DNA of 64,000 nucleotides from Octopus sinensis (taxonomy: Eukaryota): assembly GCF_006345805.1 (NCBI RefSeq), contig NC_043006.1, positions 96,286,001 through 96,350,000 of the forward strand, in the 5' to 3' direction. Of the stretch, positions 39,245 to 51,328 are shown in pieces (the first letter of the stretch is position 1; every line of letters starts with the position of its first letter). A model generated the notes under the pieces. The model did not search any database. It was not told the DNA's origin and worked only from the letters and a program-made list of their open reading frames with translations. A program made the position numbers and the translations under genes.

Positions 39245-40358
39245 AGTAACCAAACAGGCAAAGGAATATCTAAGTGAATTCCGAATACAACCAATTTCGG
39301 AATTAGAGATAGACATACAAGAAACAAGCACAGAAAAAGCTAGGCGCATGAAAACCCGTGCCAAAACTGCGGCCTTAGATATTCTGAATAATAAATGGCA
39401 ACAAAAACCTCTCTATGGCAAATACCCAAAGAGAGCGAATAATGCAGATATTGACAAAGCCCTAACCCATCAATGGCTAATGGCCTCTGGCTTAAAATCT
39501 GAAACAGAGGGGTTTATCATAGCAGCTCAAGATCAATGCCTACCAACAAGAAACTACCAGGCCAACATATTAAAGAACGCCAGTAGCCCAACATGTCGTG
39601 TATGCCGACAACAAAATGAAACCATTGATCATGTTGTCTCCAAATGCAGTCTTCTAGCGCCTACAGAGTACCTCAACAGGCATGATAGACCTGCACAATA
39701 TATTCACTGGGTAATTTGCAAAAGCCTGGATTTGCCCCATGAAAAAAACTGGTTGGAACACAAACCACCTCCAGTGCTTGAAAATGACCACATCTCACTC
39801 CTCTGGAACTTCACCATTCAAACTGACAGGAAGATAGATGCAAATAGGCCAGACATCATATTGAAAGACTTCAGACAAAGAACATGCCTCCTCATTGATA
39901 TGACTGTCCCAATCGATATAATCGTATCTGTCAAGACCTACCAAAAACTGAGCAAATATAAAGATCTAGAAATAGAAATCAGCAAAATGTGGAAGCTGAA
40001 GACTAAAACAATACCTGTTGTCATAGGTGCCCTGGGAATGATAGCGAAAGGGACTGATTGCTACCTACCTCAGATACCAGGAAACCCAAAAATGGCAGAA
40101 ATTCAAAAGATAGTGCTCATGGGAACTGCTCATATCCTACGCAAAATACTCTCTATGTAATCCCAAGGTTTAAAACAAACTTTTAATTTTTTTATTTTTA
40201 TTTTTATGTATTAGACATTTTATGTACAACACCAAAAAAAAGGGGAAGAAAAAAAACCCCAAATATATGGCACAGAACTTCCAAGGTGTTGTCTCTTGAG
40301 GTCTCTGGGTGAGACTTGGAGCCAACTTGTACAGACATAAAGCAAAAGTCAAACATGG
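39244..40358 (+). mobile_element. R4/Dong LINE 3' end, copy 3 (same family as 30282-31420), joined directly to the PLE RT
   Basis: High visible identity to copy 1; ends caaaagtcaaacatgg then (AAT)n. Confidence 0.92.
39348..40160 (+). CDS. Uninterrupted 270-aa CCHC zinc knuckle + restriction-like endonuclease portion of the R4/Dong ORF
   Basis: CRVC..HVVSKC, RHD, RPDII..LLIDM, KLSKY. Confidence 0.75.
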   Translation: MKTRAKTAALDILNNKWQQKPLYGKYPKRANNADIDKALTHQWLMASGLKSETEGFIIAAQDQCLPTRNYQANILKNASSPTCRVCRQQNETIDHVVSKCSLLAPTEYLNRHDRPAQYIHWVICKSLDLPHEKNWLEHKPPPVLENDHISLLWNFTIQTDRKIDANRPDIILKDFRQRTCLLIDMTVPIDIIVSVKTYQKLSKYKDLEIEISKMWKLKTKTIPVVIGALGMIAKGTDCYLPQIPGNPKMAEIQKIVLMGTAHILRKILSM

Positions 40359-40365
40359 AATAATA

Positions 40366-40423
<58 letters not shown>

Positions 40424-40427
40424 TAAA

Positions 40428-40465
<38 letters not shown>

Positions 40466-41765
40466 GTGGCTAGGAAGCATAAAATAACCATAAAGGTAAA
40501 ATTACTAGGGTAAAATCAAGGGTACAAGATAGTACACAGCATTGCTAGAAATAAAAGTCAAAATAACTCAAAAACCAGTTATCACTTCCACACACTGGTG
40601 GATCTGGGAAGGCGAGTAAATATGAAAAGCCAACTTAACCAAAAGCGAGTGAAAATCGCAAATGATTTGCAAACGTGCTTATATCATTTGATTTCGAACC
40701 TTGTGGTAAACACTTAGTTCTCATCAGTGAATGTTTGCAAGAACTGAAACAAACAGTAATCTGTCCAAAACAGGCAGAACTAGTCATTTCAGTTAGGGAA
40801 TTGAAGGAAATCAGTAAAAAAAAAGAATGAGCAACTGGAAGGCACCAGGACCAGATGGAGTTCAAGGCTACTGGATCAAAAGATTTGGTGAATGTAATGC
40901 ACGAAAAGCTGCGCAACTCAACACCTTGTTAAATGCCAACCAAGTAATACCAGAGTGGTTGATATTAGGTAGGGCAGCGCTGTGCCTGAAAAATATCGAA
41001 AAAGGCAATACGGTAGACAATCACAAGCCAATATCCTGTTTGCCACTTACGTGGAAATTATTGACTGGAGTACTCACAGAGTCAATGTACGAACATCTAG
41101 AAAAAATGGAGTTCTGCCACATGAGCAGATGGGTTGCAAGCGTAAGTGCAGAAGTTCCAAGGATCAAATCTTGCTAGATAAAACAGTACTTAGAGATTGC
41201 AAGAGGAGGAAAAGTAACTTAGCCATGTTATGGATCGACTATCGTAAGGCGTACGATATGATCCCACACTCTTGGATAATGGAATGTATGAACCTATTTG
41301 GTATTGCAACGAATGTTAAGCGATTGCTTGAAAAAAGTATGGCGAATTGGAGGACAGGCCTCACAGCATACAGAAGAAGCTTAGGGACAGTAGAAATTAG
41401 GAGTGGCATCTTCCAAGGGGCCTGCCTGTCCGCACTGATTTTGTACTGTGCTTGATACCACTAACACTGATTCTGAGGAAAGTAAAATCTGGGTATGTAT
41501 TCAAAAGCCGCCAACAAAAAGTCAACCATTTGTTATTCATGGATGACATCAAACCTTATGGTAAAGATGAATCCCAAGTCAGTTCCCTCGTTGATACGGT
41601 GTATACCTTCAGTGGTGATCTCAGAAATGGAGCTCGGACTGAGAAAGTGTGGTGTGTTAGTCTTGAAGAGACGGGCTAACGATACCGTCGGGGAAGGTTA
41701 TGAAGCAGATAGAAGACACGAGCTATAAATACTTGGGGATTTTGGAAATGGATAAATTGATGCAG
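40466..41765 (+). mobile_element. R4/Dong-type LINE RT region, frameshifted, third family
   Basis: [59 protein letters not shown]; starts at (AAT)n. Confidence 0.88.
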
Positions 41766-41769
41766 AAGT

Positions 41770-41836
41770 TACGGGGTCGTAAACACACCAACATCGGTTG
41801 TTAAGCAATGATGGGGGACAAACACACACGCCCAAA

Positions 41837-41888
<52 letters not shown>

Positions 41889-42053
41889 ATATATATACGA
41901 AGCGCTTCTTTCAGTTTCCGTCTACCAAATTCACTTACAAGGCTTTGGACGGCCCGAGTCTATAGCAGAAAATACTTGCCCAAGATGACACGCGGTGGGA
42001 CTGAACCCAGAACCGTGTGGCTGGTAGGCAAGCTACTTACCATACAGCCACAC
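41770..42053 (-). mobile_element. SINE family A, 3'-truncated, internal (TA)n
   Basis: gcttctttcagtttccgtctaccaaattc..gcaagctacttaccatacagccac. Confidence 0.8.
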
Positions 42054-42086
42054 ACACATACGCATCTATCTATCTATCTATCTATC

Positions 42087-42172
<86 letters not shown>

Positions 42173-43135
42173 ATGTGTGTGTGTGCGTGTGTACAGAATG
42201 GAAACTGTTTTATATAATAGTTTCCATTCTCTACACCCTACCTGCGTTTGAGTGTATGTATGTCTTCTGCTCCCTCAAGACCCTACTTGAAATTTCAATG
42301 CCGGTACCGATGTCTTTACAAAATTACAAAAAATAAAAACAACAAGCAACAATATCAACAACAACATCAACAGCATTTCCTGGAATTAGCAAGAGAAAGC
42401 CTTCATTCAAAACTTCCTAAAGTCATGTGTTTTATTTTGAAAATCGGAAGGAACAATTAATTTACCTTCGTTTTAAAAGAAACAATAAGTAATAAACAAG
42501 GGAAGTAATTTAATGCAGTCCTCAACGGTAAACGGTGCATATTTCTCATGTCTTTTTATAATTAAGACACGAGCAATATTTTTGGATTTAAAAACTCAAT
42601 TACTTGTTAATAACTTGCAAAATAAAGATTGTGCGTCAAATGTAAAGGTGTAAATGCAAAGACAAAACTAATGAAATATGGAGATTAATTCATCGACTAA
42701 TTTATTAATCAGGTTTTCATGAACATGCATTAATAACGGGGATTTTTGTGCGGTGATTGTTTTGTTCACATTTTATCTGTGACATTGTCGCAAATGCACA
42801 CGAACGTGTTTACACATATATGTAGAGACTGTTATGTGTATACATATGTGTGTATATGTATATGCAGGTATGTACATATATGTCTGTGTGTATATATATA
42901 TATGTCTGTGTGTGTGTGTGTGTGTGTGTGCGTGCGCGCGCGTATGTATATATATATATATATAATAGAGAGAGAGAGTGGGAGTGAGATATATACATAT
43001 ATATATACACACATAGCTAGCTATGTGTGTATAGTTCTATCATAGATAAATTGATAGATAGATAGATACATACATACATACACACACACACATACATACA
43101 TACACACACACATAATATATACATAGATACATACA

Positions 43136-43166
<31 letters not shown>

Positions 43167-44078
43167 GTGTATATACGTATGTATTTAAGTATGTATTTAT
43201 GCATAAAATGTGTGTGTCTGTCTGTGCGTTCCATGATCGGTATACATGGTACTCTGCGTTTGCAGCATCATTAGGTGGTCATAAGAAACGCATGCAACAC
43301 TTGTTCAATCGCTTTAGGTCATGAGTTCAAATCCCGACACGGTCAACTCTACCTTTTATTTTTTCAGTGTTTATAAATTTAAGTCCCAGTTCAGAAATAA
43401 GATCCTTAGAATCGATCGACTCCACCCGTTTAGAAAAATGTATTTTTAAAATCAGAGAAGGAAGGAACCCAGCCTCGGAGAACGGTGCACAGAAGTGAGA
43501 ATTGTGTGGTTTGAATACTTCTAACAAAGTGAGCTCTGATTAAGGCACACAAGAGCCGAGTGGTGTTGTTACATGATGTGACGATTAAAGTCTGACTCTA
43601 AAGTAGGCCATCGCGTGATCGGATCTCAGAGGGATTTGAGTCGTGGCAACTCCTGGTCGCCCTAACATTCCACCAAACCACCGCGCTGGGATTGGTACTG
43701 TTTATATCTACTCTGGAAGCAAGGAAGCAAACTAGGAAAGGAAGGAGGAAACGAAAAAACAAACGAATGAACTAACAAATAGAGAGGGAAAGAAAACTTT
43801 ATCTTAGTGGAATCTAAGCGCAGAACACAAACATCTGAAGTGGATATTATAAGCCATCCTGTATTCAAACGATTGAACCAGTTCGCTTCTTAAAAAAGAA
43901 GGAATGGTTACAGCTGGCAGATTTTTTAATTACAGATATGTTCCATCATGGCTGACCTGGTGTTGCTAAACAACAGCAAGTATATATTGTAACTGTCGAT
44001 GAAGAGTTTGATGAAGTACAGTCCGGTTCCACCGATAGGAAAAGACAAATACGAAAGACCAACTTAAATGCAAGATAA

Positions 44079-44518
44079 TTTTTTCTACTCTAGGTACAAG
44101 ACCTGAAATTTGGGGGAAAGCGGTAAGCAATTACATCGACCCCAGTATTTAACTGGTACTTATTTTATCGATCCCATTAGTAAGAAAGGCAAAATCGATC
44201 TCGGTTGAATATTAATTCGCAACGTAAAGACGGACGAAACGCCGCAAGACGTTTTACCCAGCCTGATGACGTTTCCACCAGTTCGCTGCATCACTTGAAT
44301 ATCAGAGACTGGTTTTAAATTTTGGCACAATGCCAATTTTGAAGGTAGCGTAAGACGATAACATCGATCCCAGTACTCAACTGCTACTTATTTTATCGAC
44401 CCCGAAAGGATGAAAGGCAAAGTCAACCTCGGCGGAATTCGAACTCAGAACGTAAAGACGCACGAAATGCCGCTAAGCACTTTGCCCGGTGTGCTAACGA
44501 TTCTGCCAGCTCACCAAC
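44079..44518 (-). mobile_element. Two tandem SINE family C copies (44079-44290, 44311-44518)
   Basis: Each has ttttatcga..gaaaggcaaa..aacgtaaagacg. Confidence 0.8.
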
Positions 44519-45106
44519 CAACTCGAATACAAGATAATATATCAAACTTGCTTTCTACAATTCCACGCTCTGTATTTATACTATAGCCTAGATTTAATTT
44601 TGTGTTAGCTTTTCAACAGACATCCATTAACAGAGATGGCAAGGAAGGCGTGCGAGGATTGGGAAATATATTACTGTGTGTATACGTTCAATGATATTAA
44701 GTACTAGTGTAAATGGATATTTCAGGATATAGAATTTTATGGCACATTTTAAAGGTCGTAATATTTATTGTAGGATATCATTATAGAATATATTTCATAT
44801 AGCATGTGATTACATTCACAGAGATTGCGATATGCCAACTTTTGGTAGATTAGATGAATTTCAAAAATGAATAATTGTATGATTATTTGTAACACATTCA
44901 CACACATTATCTGTGTGAATATATACGCTTATGTGTGTGTGTGTGTGTGTGCGTGTGTGTGGGTGTACATATATACTTCTATAAACACACAGACACACAC
45001 GCGTGTGCACAAAGGTTGCATTAAAATAGAAATATTTCTATATTCATACGTTTATTTGTATTCATAGTCTCGTGTGCACAAGCTATATAAATGTATAAAT
45101 GTGTTT

Positions 45107-45144
<38 letters not shown>

Positions 45145-45868
45145 CTATATATATATATATATGTATATATATATAAGTATGTATGTATATATATATGTAT
45201 ATATATACATATATATATATTTATATATATACATATATACCTATACACATACAGACACACATACATACACATATATATATATATGCGTAATGTGTGTGAT
45301 AGAGAGAGAGAGAGCACGAGAGAGAGGAAGAGAGTAAGAGCATGTGTATATACGCACATACACACTGTAATATTATTTCATGTTATCAACGATCGGGTGT
45401 CCTATAAATTTAACTTGTGTGTGTTCCTGAATATTTCATACAAATAACCGAACGTTCTAGACATATACTGCAGAAATATAAATTAAAGGCGAGAAGGAAA
45501 TTGATAAAGACTTCTTAAACCGTCGCTTAGTATTCACAATGGCCAGATATGTTCCATTTATCCAAAGAACGAAAGAGAATACGATGCGTTGTAAATCTTT
45601 TCTATGCTGAGTTATATTTCCTGTTCACGCCACGTGTCATATCGTTTTATTCATTTGAGTATTAAGAGCAGTTGGCTGGCTGCAGGTAATATCATTTCTC
45701 TTCTCCATACTCTCCTCATTTTTGTATTTTTGCTTGCTGTATATTTTCGCTGATAAATTATCGTCGTTTTCTTCATTTGTTAATAATGTTTCTTAAATAA
45801 AATAGATATTTTACGTGAATAGGTAAATTAGTATACCTATGGGTCAGTGAATATACATATATATAGTA

Positions 45869-46101
45869 AGGCGGCGAGCTGGCAGAATCGTTAGCACGCC
45901 GGCCGGAATGCCTACCGGTATTTCGTCTGCCGCTACGTTCTGAGTTCAAATTCTGCCGAGGTCAACTTTGCCTTTCATCCTTTCAGGGTCGATAAATTAA
46001 GTACCAGTTACACACTGGAGTCGATATAATCGACTTAATCCGTTTGTCTGTCCTTGTTTGTCCCCTCTGTGTTTAGCCCCTTGTGGGTAGTAAAGAAACA
46101 G
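45869..46101 (+). mobile_element. SINE family C, full length
   Basis: ggcggcgagctggcagaatcgttagc..gcctttcatcctttcagggtcgataaattaagtaccag..agccccttgtgggtagtaaagaaa. Confidence 0.9.
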
Positions 46102-46179
46102 AATATACATATATATATAGAGAGAGAGACACATACACGTATTTATATATTCATGTATACATATATATATAATATTTTT

Positions 46180-46504
46180 GAGACACCCTTCGGTCATGAA
46201 TGACCATGGGATTGCACCTAGAAATTTACCCTCCGAGGCACAAGTCCAGGCAAAGATGGTTATGGAAGGCCAGCAGTCACCCATGCATAGCGGCCTCCTC
46301 TTCCACACCAGCGACGTTATCCAAGGGAAAGGCAAAGGGGCCGATACAGCTTGACACCAATGATGTTGCAACTCATTTCTACAGATGAGTGAACTGGAGC
46401 AACGTGAAATAAAGTGTCTTGCTCAAGAACACAACACACAGCCCGGTCCGGGAAGCGATCTCACATCGTTACGACGCTCTAACCACTGAGTCATGCGCCT
46501 TCAC
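46180..46504 (-). mobile_element. tRNA-derived SINE family D
   Basis: Minus head gaaggcgcatgactcagtggttagagcg; tgtgttcttgagcaagacac domain. Confidence 0.75.
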
Positions 46505-46579
46505 AAATCCTTATATAACAATACTTATATAGTTATCTATGTAGCTATCTTCATCAATCTGTGTATGTGTGTGTGTGAG

Positions 46580-46993
46580 TCTTTTATTTCTTGCTTGTTT
46601 CAGCCATTACACTGCGTCCATGCTGGAGCAACGCCTTGAATGATTCAAGGGGAGAAATCGAACCCAGTCTTATTTTTTCTTAAGTCTGGTACTAATTCTA
46701 TCGATCTCTTGTTGTCGAATTGCTAATTCACGTAGGCGCAAACAAACCAACACCGTTGTCAAGATTTGGGGTCGGGGTGGTGGGCGGAGGCTCAAATCCA
46801 AACACAAAATGACACTCACATAGATATATACATATATGTATACGACGGGCTTCTTAAAGTTTTCATCTGCCATATCCACTTATAAGGCTTTGGTCGGCCT
46901 GGACTTATAAAAGAAAGCACTTGCCCAAGGACTCGTCTTTCAGTGGTTAGAAGCACGTGGTTAGAGAGAAAATGCCTTCACTACACAGCTACC
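46580..46993 (-). mobile_element. SINE family A (left member of a head-to-head pair)
   Basis: Full-length minus copy. Confidence 0.8.
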
Positions 46994-47004
46994 ATTCCAT
47001 CCGT

Positions 47005-47151
47005 TAGTGTGGTAAGAAGCTTGCTTCCCAAACACATGGTTCTGGGTTTAGTCCCAATGCATGGCACCTTGGGCAAACGTCTTCTACTATAGCCTCAGGC
47101 CCACCAAAGCCTTGTGAGAGGATTTGGTAGAGAGAAACTGAAAGAAGCCCG

Positions 47152-47196
<45 letters not shown>

Positions 47197-47400
47197 AGTG
47201 TCTGTGTTTGTCCCCCCCCACCATCACTTTACAACCGATGTTGGTGTGTTTACATCCCCATCACTTAGCGGTTCGGCAAAAGTGTGCTGATAGAATAATT
47301 ACTAGGCTTACAAAGAATAATTTCTGGAGTCGATTTGTTCCACTAAAGGTAGTGTTCCAGCATGGCTGCAGTCAAATGACGGAACAAGTACAAGAATAAA
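47005..47400 (+). mobile_element. SINE family A (right member of a head-to-head pair)
   Basis: Full-length plus copy starting about 12 bp after the minus copy. Confidence 0.85.
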
Positions 47401-47403
47401 AGT

Positions 47404-47441
<38 letters not shown>

Positions 47442-47618
47442 GCTGAGTAAAATAAATTACTTTGCCGCATACTGAACTCATTAGAAATAGCAGCTAAAAA
47501 AACTTTTTTAAAACTATTTCTAATACTTAAAGAAAACCTCTCTCATATAGTGTTTGCTCAATTCAACTCACGAAAGTATGGGGGTAAAGACATTAAAAAA
47601 TCAAATGCAAAGGTTATT

Positions 47619-47670
47619 TGAGAACGTACGTTTCAAGATTAGTCAACTCGACACTTCTATCATCAGCTCA
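47619..47670 (-). ncRNA. Type-I hammerhead ribozyme motif
   Basis: UGAG-CUGAUGA-UAGA..GUC/GAC..UCUU-GAAA-CGUACG-UU-CUCA; palindromic helix III ACGUACGU; U.U at the base of helix II. Confidence 0.6.
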
Positions 47671-47886
47671 GAACTCCTTGGTTTGGATTTGAAAACACTG
47701 AAAGTGGGAGCCTACCCTTTCGGCTTCTTATCGCTTCTGAAGATCTGCTCGAAACTAACAGTGCCAGCAAACTCAAATATGCAAGCGAAGAATTCTGCTC
47801 TCCCCTTTCCACCAGCGTGGGTTAAAATCAGTAAACACTATGCTTTTTTCGGTAAAATCCGAGGCATTAAATAGAGAGAGATGAAT

Positions 47887-47999
47887 TATAATTTCAACAA
47901 TTGAGGGTAAAATTAATTAATTAATCAATTTCACCAAGTATTCAATACTTGGTGAAATTGATTAATTAATTAATTTTACCCTCAATTGTTGAAATTATA
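47887..47999. repeat. Perfect palindrome, 55-bp arms, 3-nt loop
   Basis: 47887-47941 is the exact reverse complement of 47945-47999. Confidence 0.95.
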
Positions 48000-48016
48000 T
48001 ATATATATATACACAC

Positions 48017-48361
48017 AGTCAAGAAGGGGCACGGGTGGACATTTATTTTTTAATCACTACAATTGTTTCCACACAACGTAGTACTCCAGGCGAGCAAATA
48101 CTTCCTTATACAACTGTTTCTCTGCATTATGAGATCTATTTGTGTTTCCTCAAGCGATATGTAAATATTGTCTCCGTAAGTTTCAAATCCTCATCTTCCA
48201 GAACATTCGATCTGTCTGCCGTGGCCTAATAAAAATTACTACATCTCATAAGGCAGGGAAACAGTTGCATAATCAAATACCTGCACACCCGGAGAACTAC
48301 ATTGCGTGGAAACAGTTGTAGTGATTAAAAAATCAATGTCCAACCGTACCCCTTGTTGACT
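48017..48361. mobile_element. MITE with ~120 bp imperfect TIRs
   Basis: agtcaagaagggg..ttatgagat vs atctcataa..ccccttgttgact. Confidence 0.8.
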
Positions 48362-48432
48362 CCAGTTTTTTTCAATAATCTACTCACACATGACAAATGC
48401 CCAAACGCATACCTGGAAATATGTATTATACT

Positions 48433-48564
48433 TATTTCTTTATTACCCACAAGGGGCTAAACATAGAGAGAACAAACATGGACAGACATAGGTATTAAGT
48501 CGATTATATCGACCCCAGTGCTTAACTGGTACTTAATTTATCGACCCCGAAAGGATGAAAGGCA
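48433..48564 (-). mobile_element. SINE family C, 3' part
   Basis: cccacaaggggctaa..ttatcgaccccgaaaggatgaaaggc. Confidence 0.75.
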
Positions 48565-48648
48565 ATACTACTAATGGAGAGCACAGTGTGGAATATGAAT
48601 TTGGGCGAGCTTTATACTGTACTTTGCTACGTCCTTAACAGAATATAC

Positions 48649-48716
<68 letters not shown>

Positions 48717-48719
48717 TGT

Positions 48720-49013
48720 TCCCTCACGAGCCATGCCTGGCTCATTAGGGCCGGTTTCCCGGTTTCCTTGGCGTATAGGTTCCCCACCTGGACAGGACGC
48801 CGGTCCGTCGCAGGTGAGCTGCAAGATGCAGGAAGAAAGAGTAAGAGAAAGTTGTGGCGAGAGAGTCAGCAGATGTTCGCCATTACCTTCTGCCGGAGCC
48901 GCGTGGAGCTTAGGTGTTTCGCTCATAAACACACATCGCCCGGTCTGAGATTCGAACCTGCCATCCCTCGACTGCGAGACCGCTGCTCTAACCACTAGTG
49001 CATGTACCTCCAC
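48720..49013 (-). mobile_element. tRNA-derived SINE, family-B head with a Meta/V-like domain
   Basis: Minus: ctagtggttagagcagcgg..ggttcgaatctc; cctgcgacggaccggcgtcctgtccagg..ggaaaccgg. Confidence 0.75.
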
Positions 49014-49029
49014 ATATATATATATTTAG

Positions 49030-49500
49030 TGAGAATTTACAAAAAAAAAAAGACGAAGACGGGTGTAACAAACAGATGTATTAGTTTAGCGTTCGGGAAG
49101 TGAGAAAGTTTTTTACGTTTCGAGCCTACGCTCTTCAACAGAAAGGAACGCAAATGAACAGAGAGAGAGAATTTTTTAAAAAGGTTTAATGGCTAGCGAT
49201 CTACCATGGCGAATAGGTGAGTGTTTGTTCGGGTGTGTGCGCTTGTGTGCATGTGTAGATTAAAACTTGGGTTGTTCTGGTATGTATGATGAAGCTTCTG
49301 TAGGTCGGGTCTGCCTGGACCATAATAAAGGTGAAAGATAGAGCAAATACCTCTGAGAGACGAGTGGGAGCCGCCTGAGAGTAGGTTCTACGAAGAGGAT
49401 CCGCAATACTAGATTCAAAATCTTCGATGGTGCTTCACCGCATATTCAGGTTCCATGGATTGCAATTAATTCCGCGTCTAGTGAAGGGCAGAACATTGCT
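49030..49500 (-). mobile_element. PLE-terminus-like repeat (core 49030-49170 shared with 61815-61975); possible decayed ORF end to the right
   Basis: tgtattagttta.cg..ggga.gtgagaaagt..tacgtttcgagcctacgctct..aacagaaaggaacgc in both copies. Confidence 0.6.
49110..49146 (-). ncRNA. Minimal hammerhead-like motif with A6U core
   Basis: UUU-CUGUUGA-A-GAGC-GUAG-GCUC-GAAAC-GUA-AAA. Confidence 0.45.
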
Positions 49501-50269
49501 GTATTATATATTATGTATTGTTGTTTCGTGAAAGTATTCATGCAAAATGCATAAATATATATATGTGTGTGTGTTTATGTGTGTGTATGGGTGAGTGGGT
49601 GTGTGTGTGCGTATACGACAAGCTTCCAGAGGGTTTCTGTCTACCAAATTCTTTCACGTGGCACTGGACACTTCGGAGCTATGGTAGAAGAAGCTAACTC
49701 AAGATTAGTTGCAGGAGAAATGAACCCGAAACCTCGTAGTCGGGAAGTTAGCTCCTGAACCACCGCCAGTGCCTGTGAAGCGTCAAGTTGTGTCCGACAT
49801 CCTAAGATCACATGGATTTACCGTCGCCAATCCTGCAATTCCATCTGAGTCTATGATGTCATTTCTCCAACCAAATTTATTCCTTATCCCTTGTATTCGA
49901 TACAATCCCTTGTATTGCATGATCGACTCGTTCTTCATGGACTTATGGTCTCTGCTTGGCATAAATTCTCTGTTTTACGCCATACACCTTCATAACGTGG
50001 CCAAAGAATTTTAATTTTTATTCCAAATATTTCTCAAACTTCACTTGCTGCCGCATTCATTTCCTCATTCTTCTTTCTGTCCATAATGTTCGCATTACGA
50101 ATGCGTCCATTTTGCTTCACACTTTTTCTCGTTTATTTTTTTACGCGTGGGAAGATAATTGTTCGATGCGCTTTCATTCATCATTGGTGGGTCTTCGGTT
50201 ATTTTATCAGTCTCTCCTGTGTTTATTGCAGGTCTCCTTTATTTGGCTCTATTCTCAGAAGCCCCATTA

Positions 50270-50306
50270 TCGATAGATAGACAGACAGAAAGACAGACAG
50301 ACAGAC

Positions 50307-50369
<63 letters not shown>

Positions 50370-50370
50370 T

Positions 50371-50440
<70 letters not shown>
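50270..50440. repeat. (GACA)(GATA)n microsatellite
   Basis: agat run. Confidence 0.95.
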
Positions 50441-50443
<3 letters not shown>

Positions 50444-50683
50444 TTTCTTTATTGGCCACACAGGGCTGCACACAGATGGGACAAGTTACAAGGTAGAGCT
50501 TTTCTTTTGGGGGATGAAAAAAACAAAAAACAAAAAACAAAAGAAACAAAAAAAAAGGTGGCGTACGTTTTCGATCAAAAGGGATCGTAAAAGGGAAAAA
50601 AAGAACAAAAAAGAAAAAAAAAGGAAAAGGAACAAAAGAAAAGAGAAATGAAAAAAAGAAGAAAAAAAGGGGGGAAGAGGAAA
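50441..50683 (-). mobile_element. Tx1/L1 3'-UTR-only copy C, GATA-like repeats on both sides
   Basis: tttctttattggccacacagggctgcacacagatgggacaagttacaaggtagagc identical to copy B; right flank ggtaggtagatagatag. Confidence 0.85.
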
Positions 50684-51328
50684 GGTAGGTAGATAGATAG
50701 ATAGATGAGCAGACAGACAGATAGGTAGATAAATGGATAAACAGATGCATATGTATATAGGGAGAGAGAAAGAGAAGCAGAGAGAGAGAGATTAAGTGAT
50801 TGACGACCTTTATGTTTTTAAAGGAAGGCCAATTCATAAACAGATGTACTTTGAAATAGAAACAACTCGTTATTCTTTTATTCTGACTGTTTCTTGCGTT
50901 TAAGCCTCATCTATCATCCTTGTTCTATTTCATACTTTGCCGATCCCATTAATCTATTAGATTATCGGGGATTATAGCCACATCTGAAAAGTATAAAATG
51001 TAATAGAATACAATATTGTATGTTTAACTGTAAGAAACACAGAGAAACATTTGGTAGATTATTAGCAAGTTACAGTAATGTATTCAAGAGAATAGCTTTA
51101 TATATTTAACAATAGAAACCTTCCAGTGTGCGCCTTCACACGCCTTTAGGTCGGTTGCCTGTGTTACAGTACATGTTCTGTATTGCAATTATTTCAAACA
51201 GAGATAGGGTTCCCAAAACACATTTTTCTTCTATTCAAGATGATCATTAGTTCTTTTATTCTCTTAACAGTGGGAATGGTTGCAAAATAGTTCATGGGAG
51301 CTTACTCCCCTTTCCAAATTAAATTATA

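Noticed and set aside
47696-47770. Plus-strand CUGAAGA..GCUC-GAAAC
   Set aside because: No helix II adjacent to the core; it lies in the flank of the better minus-strand motif.
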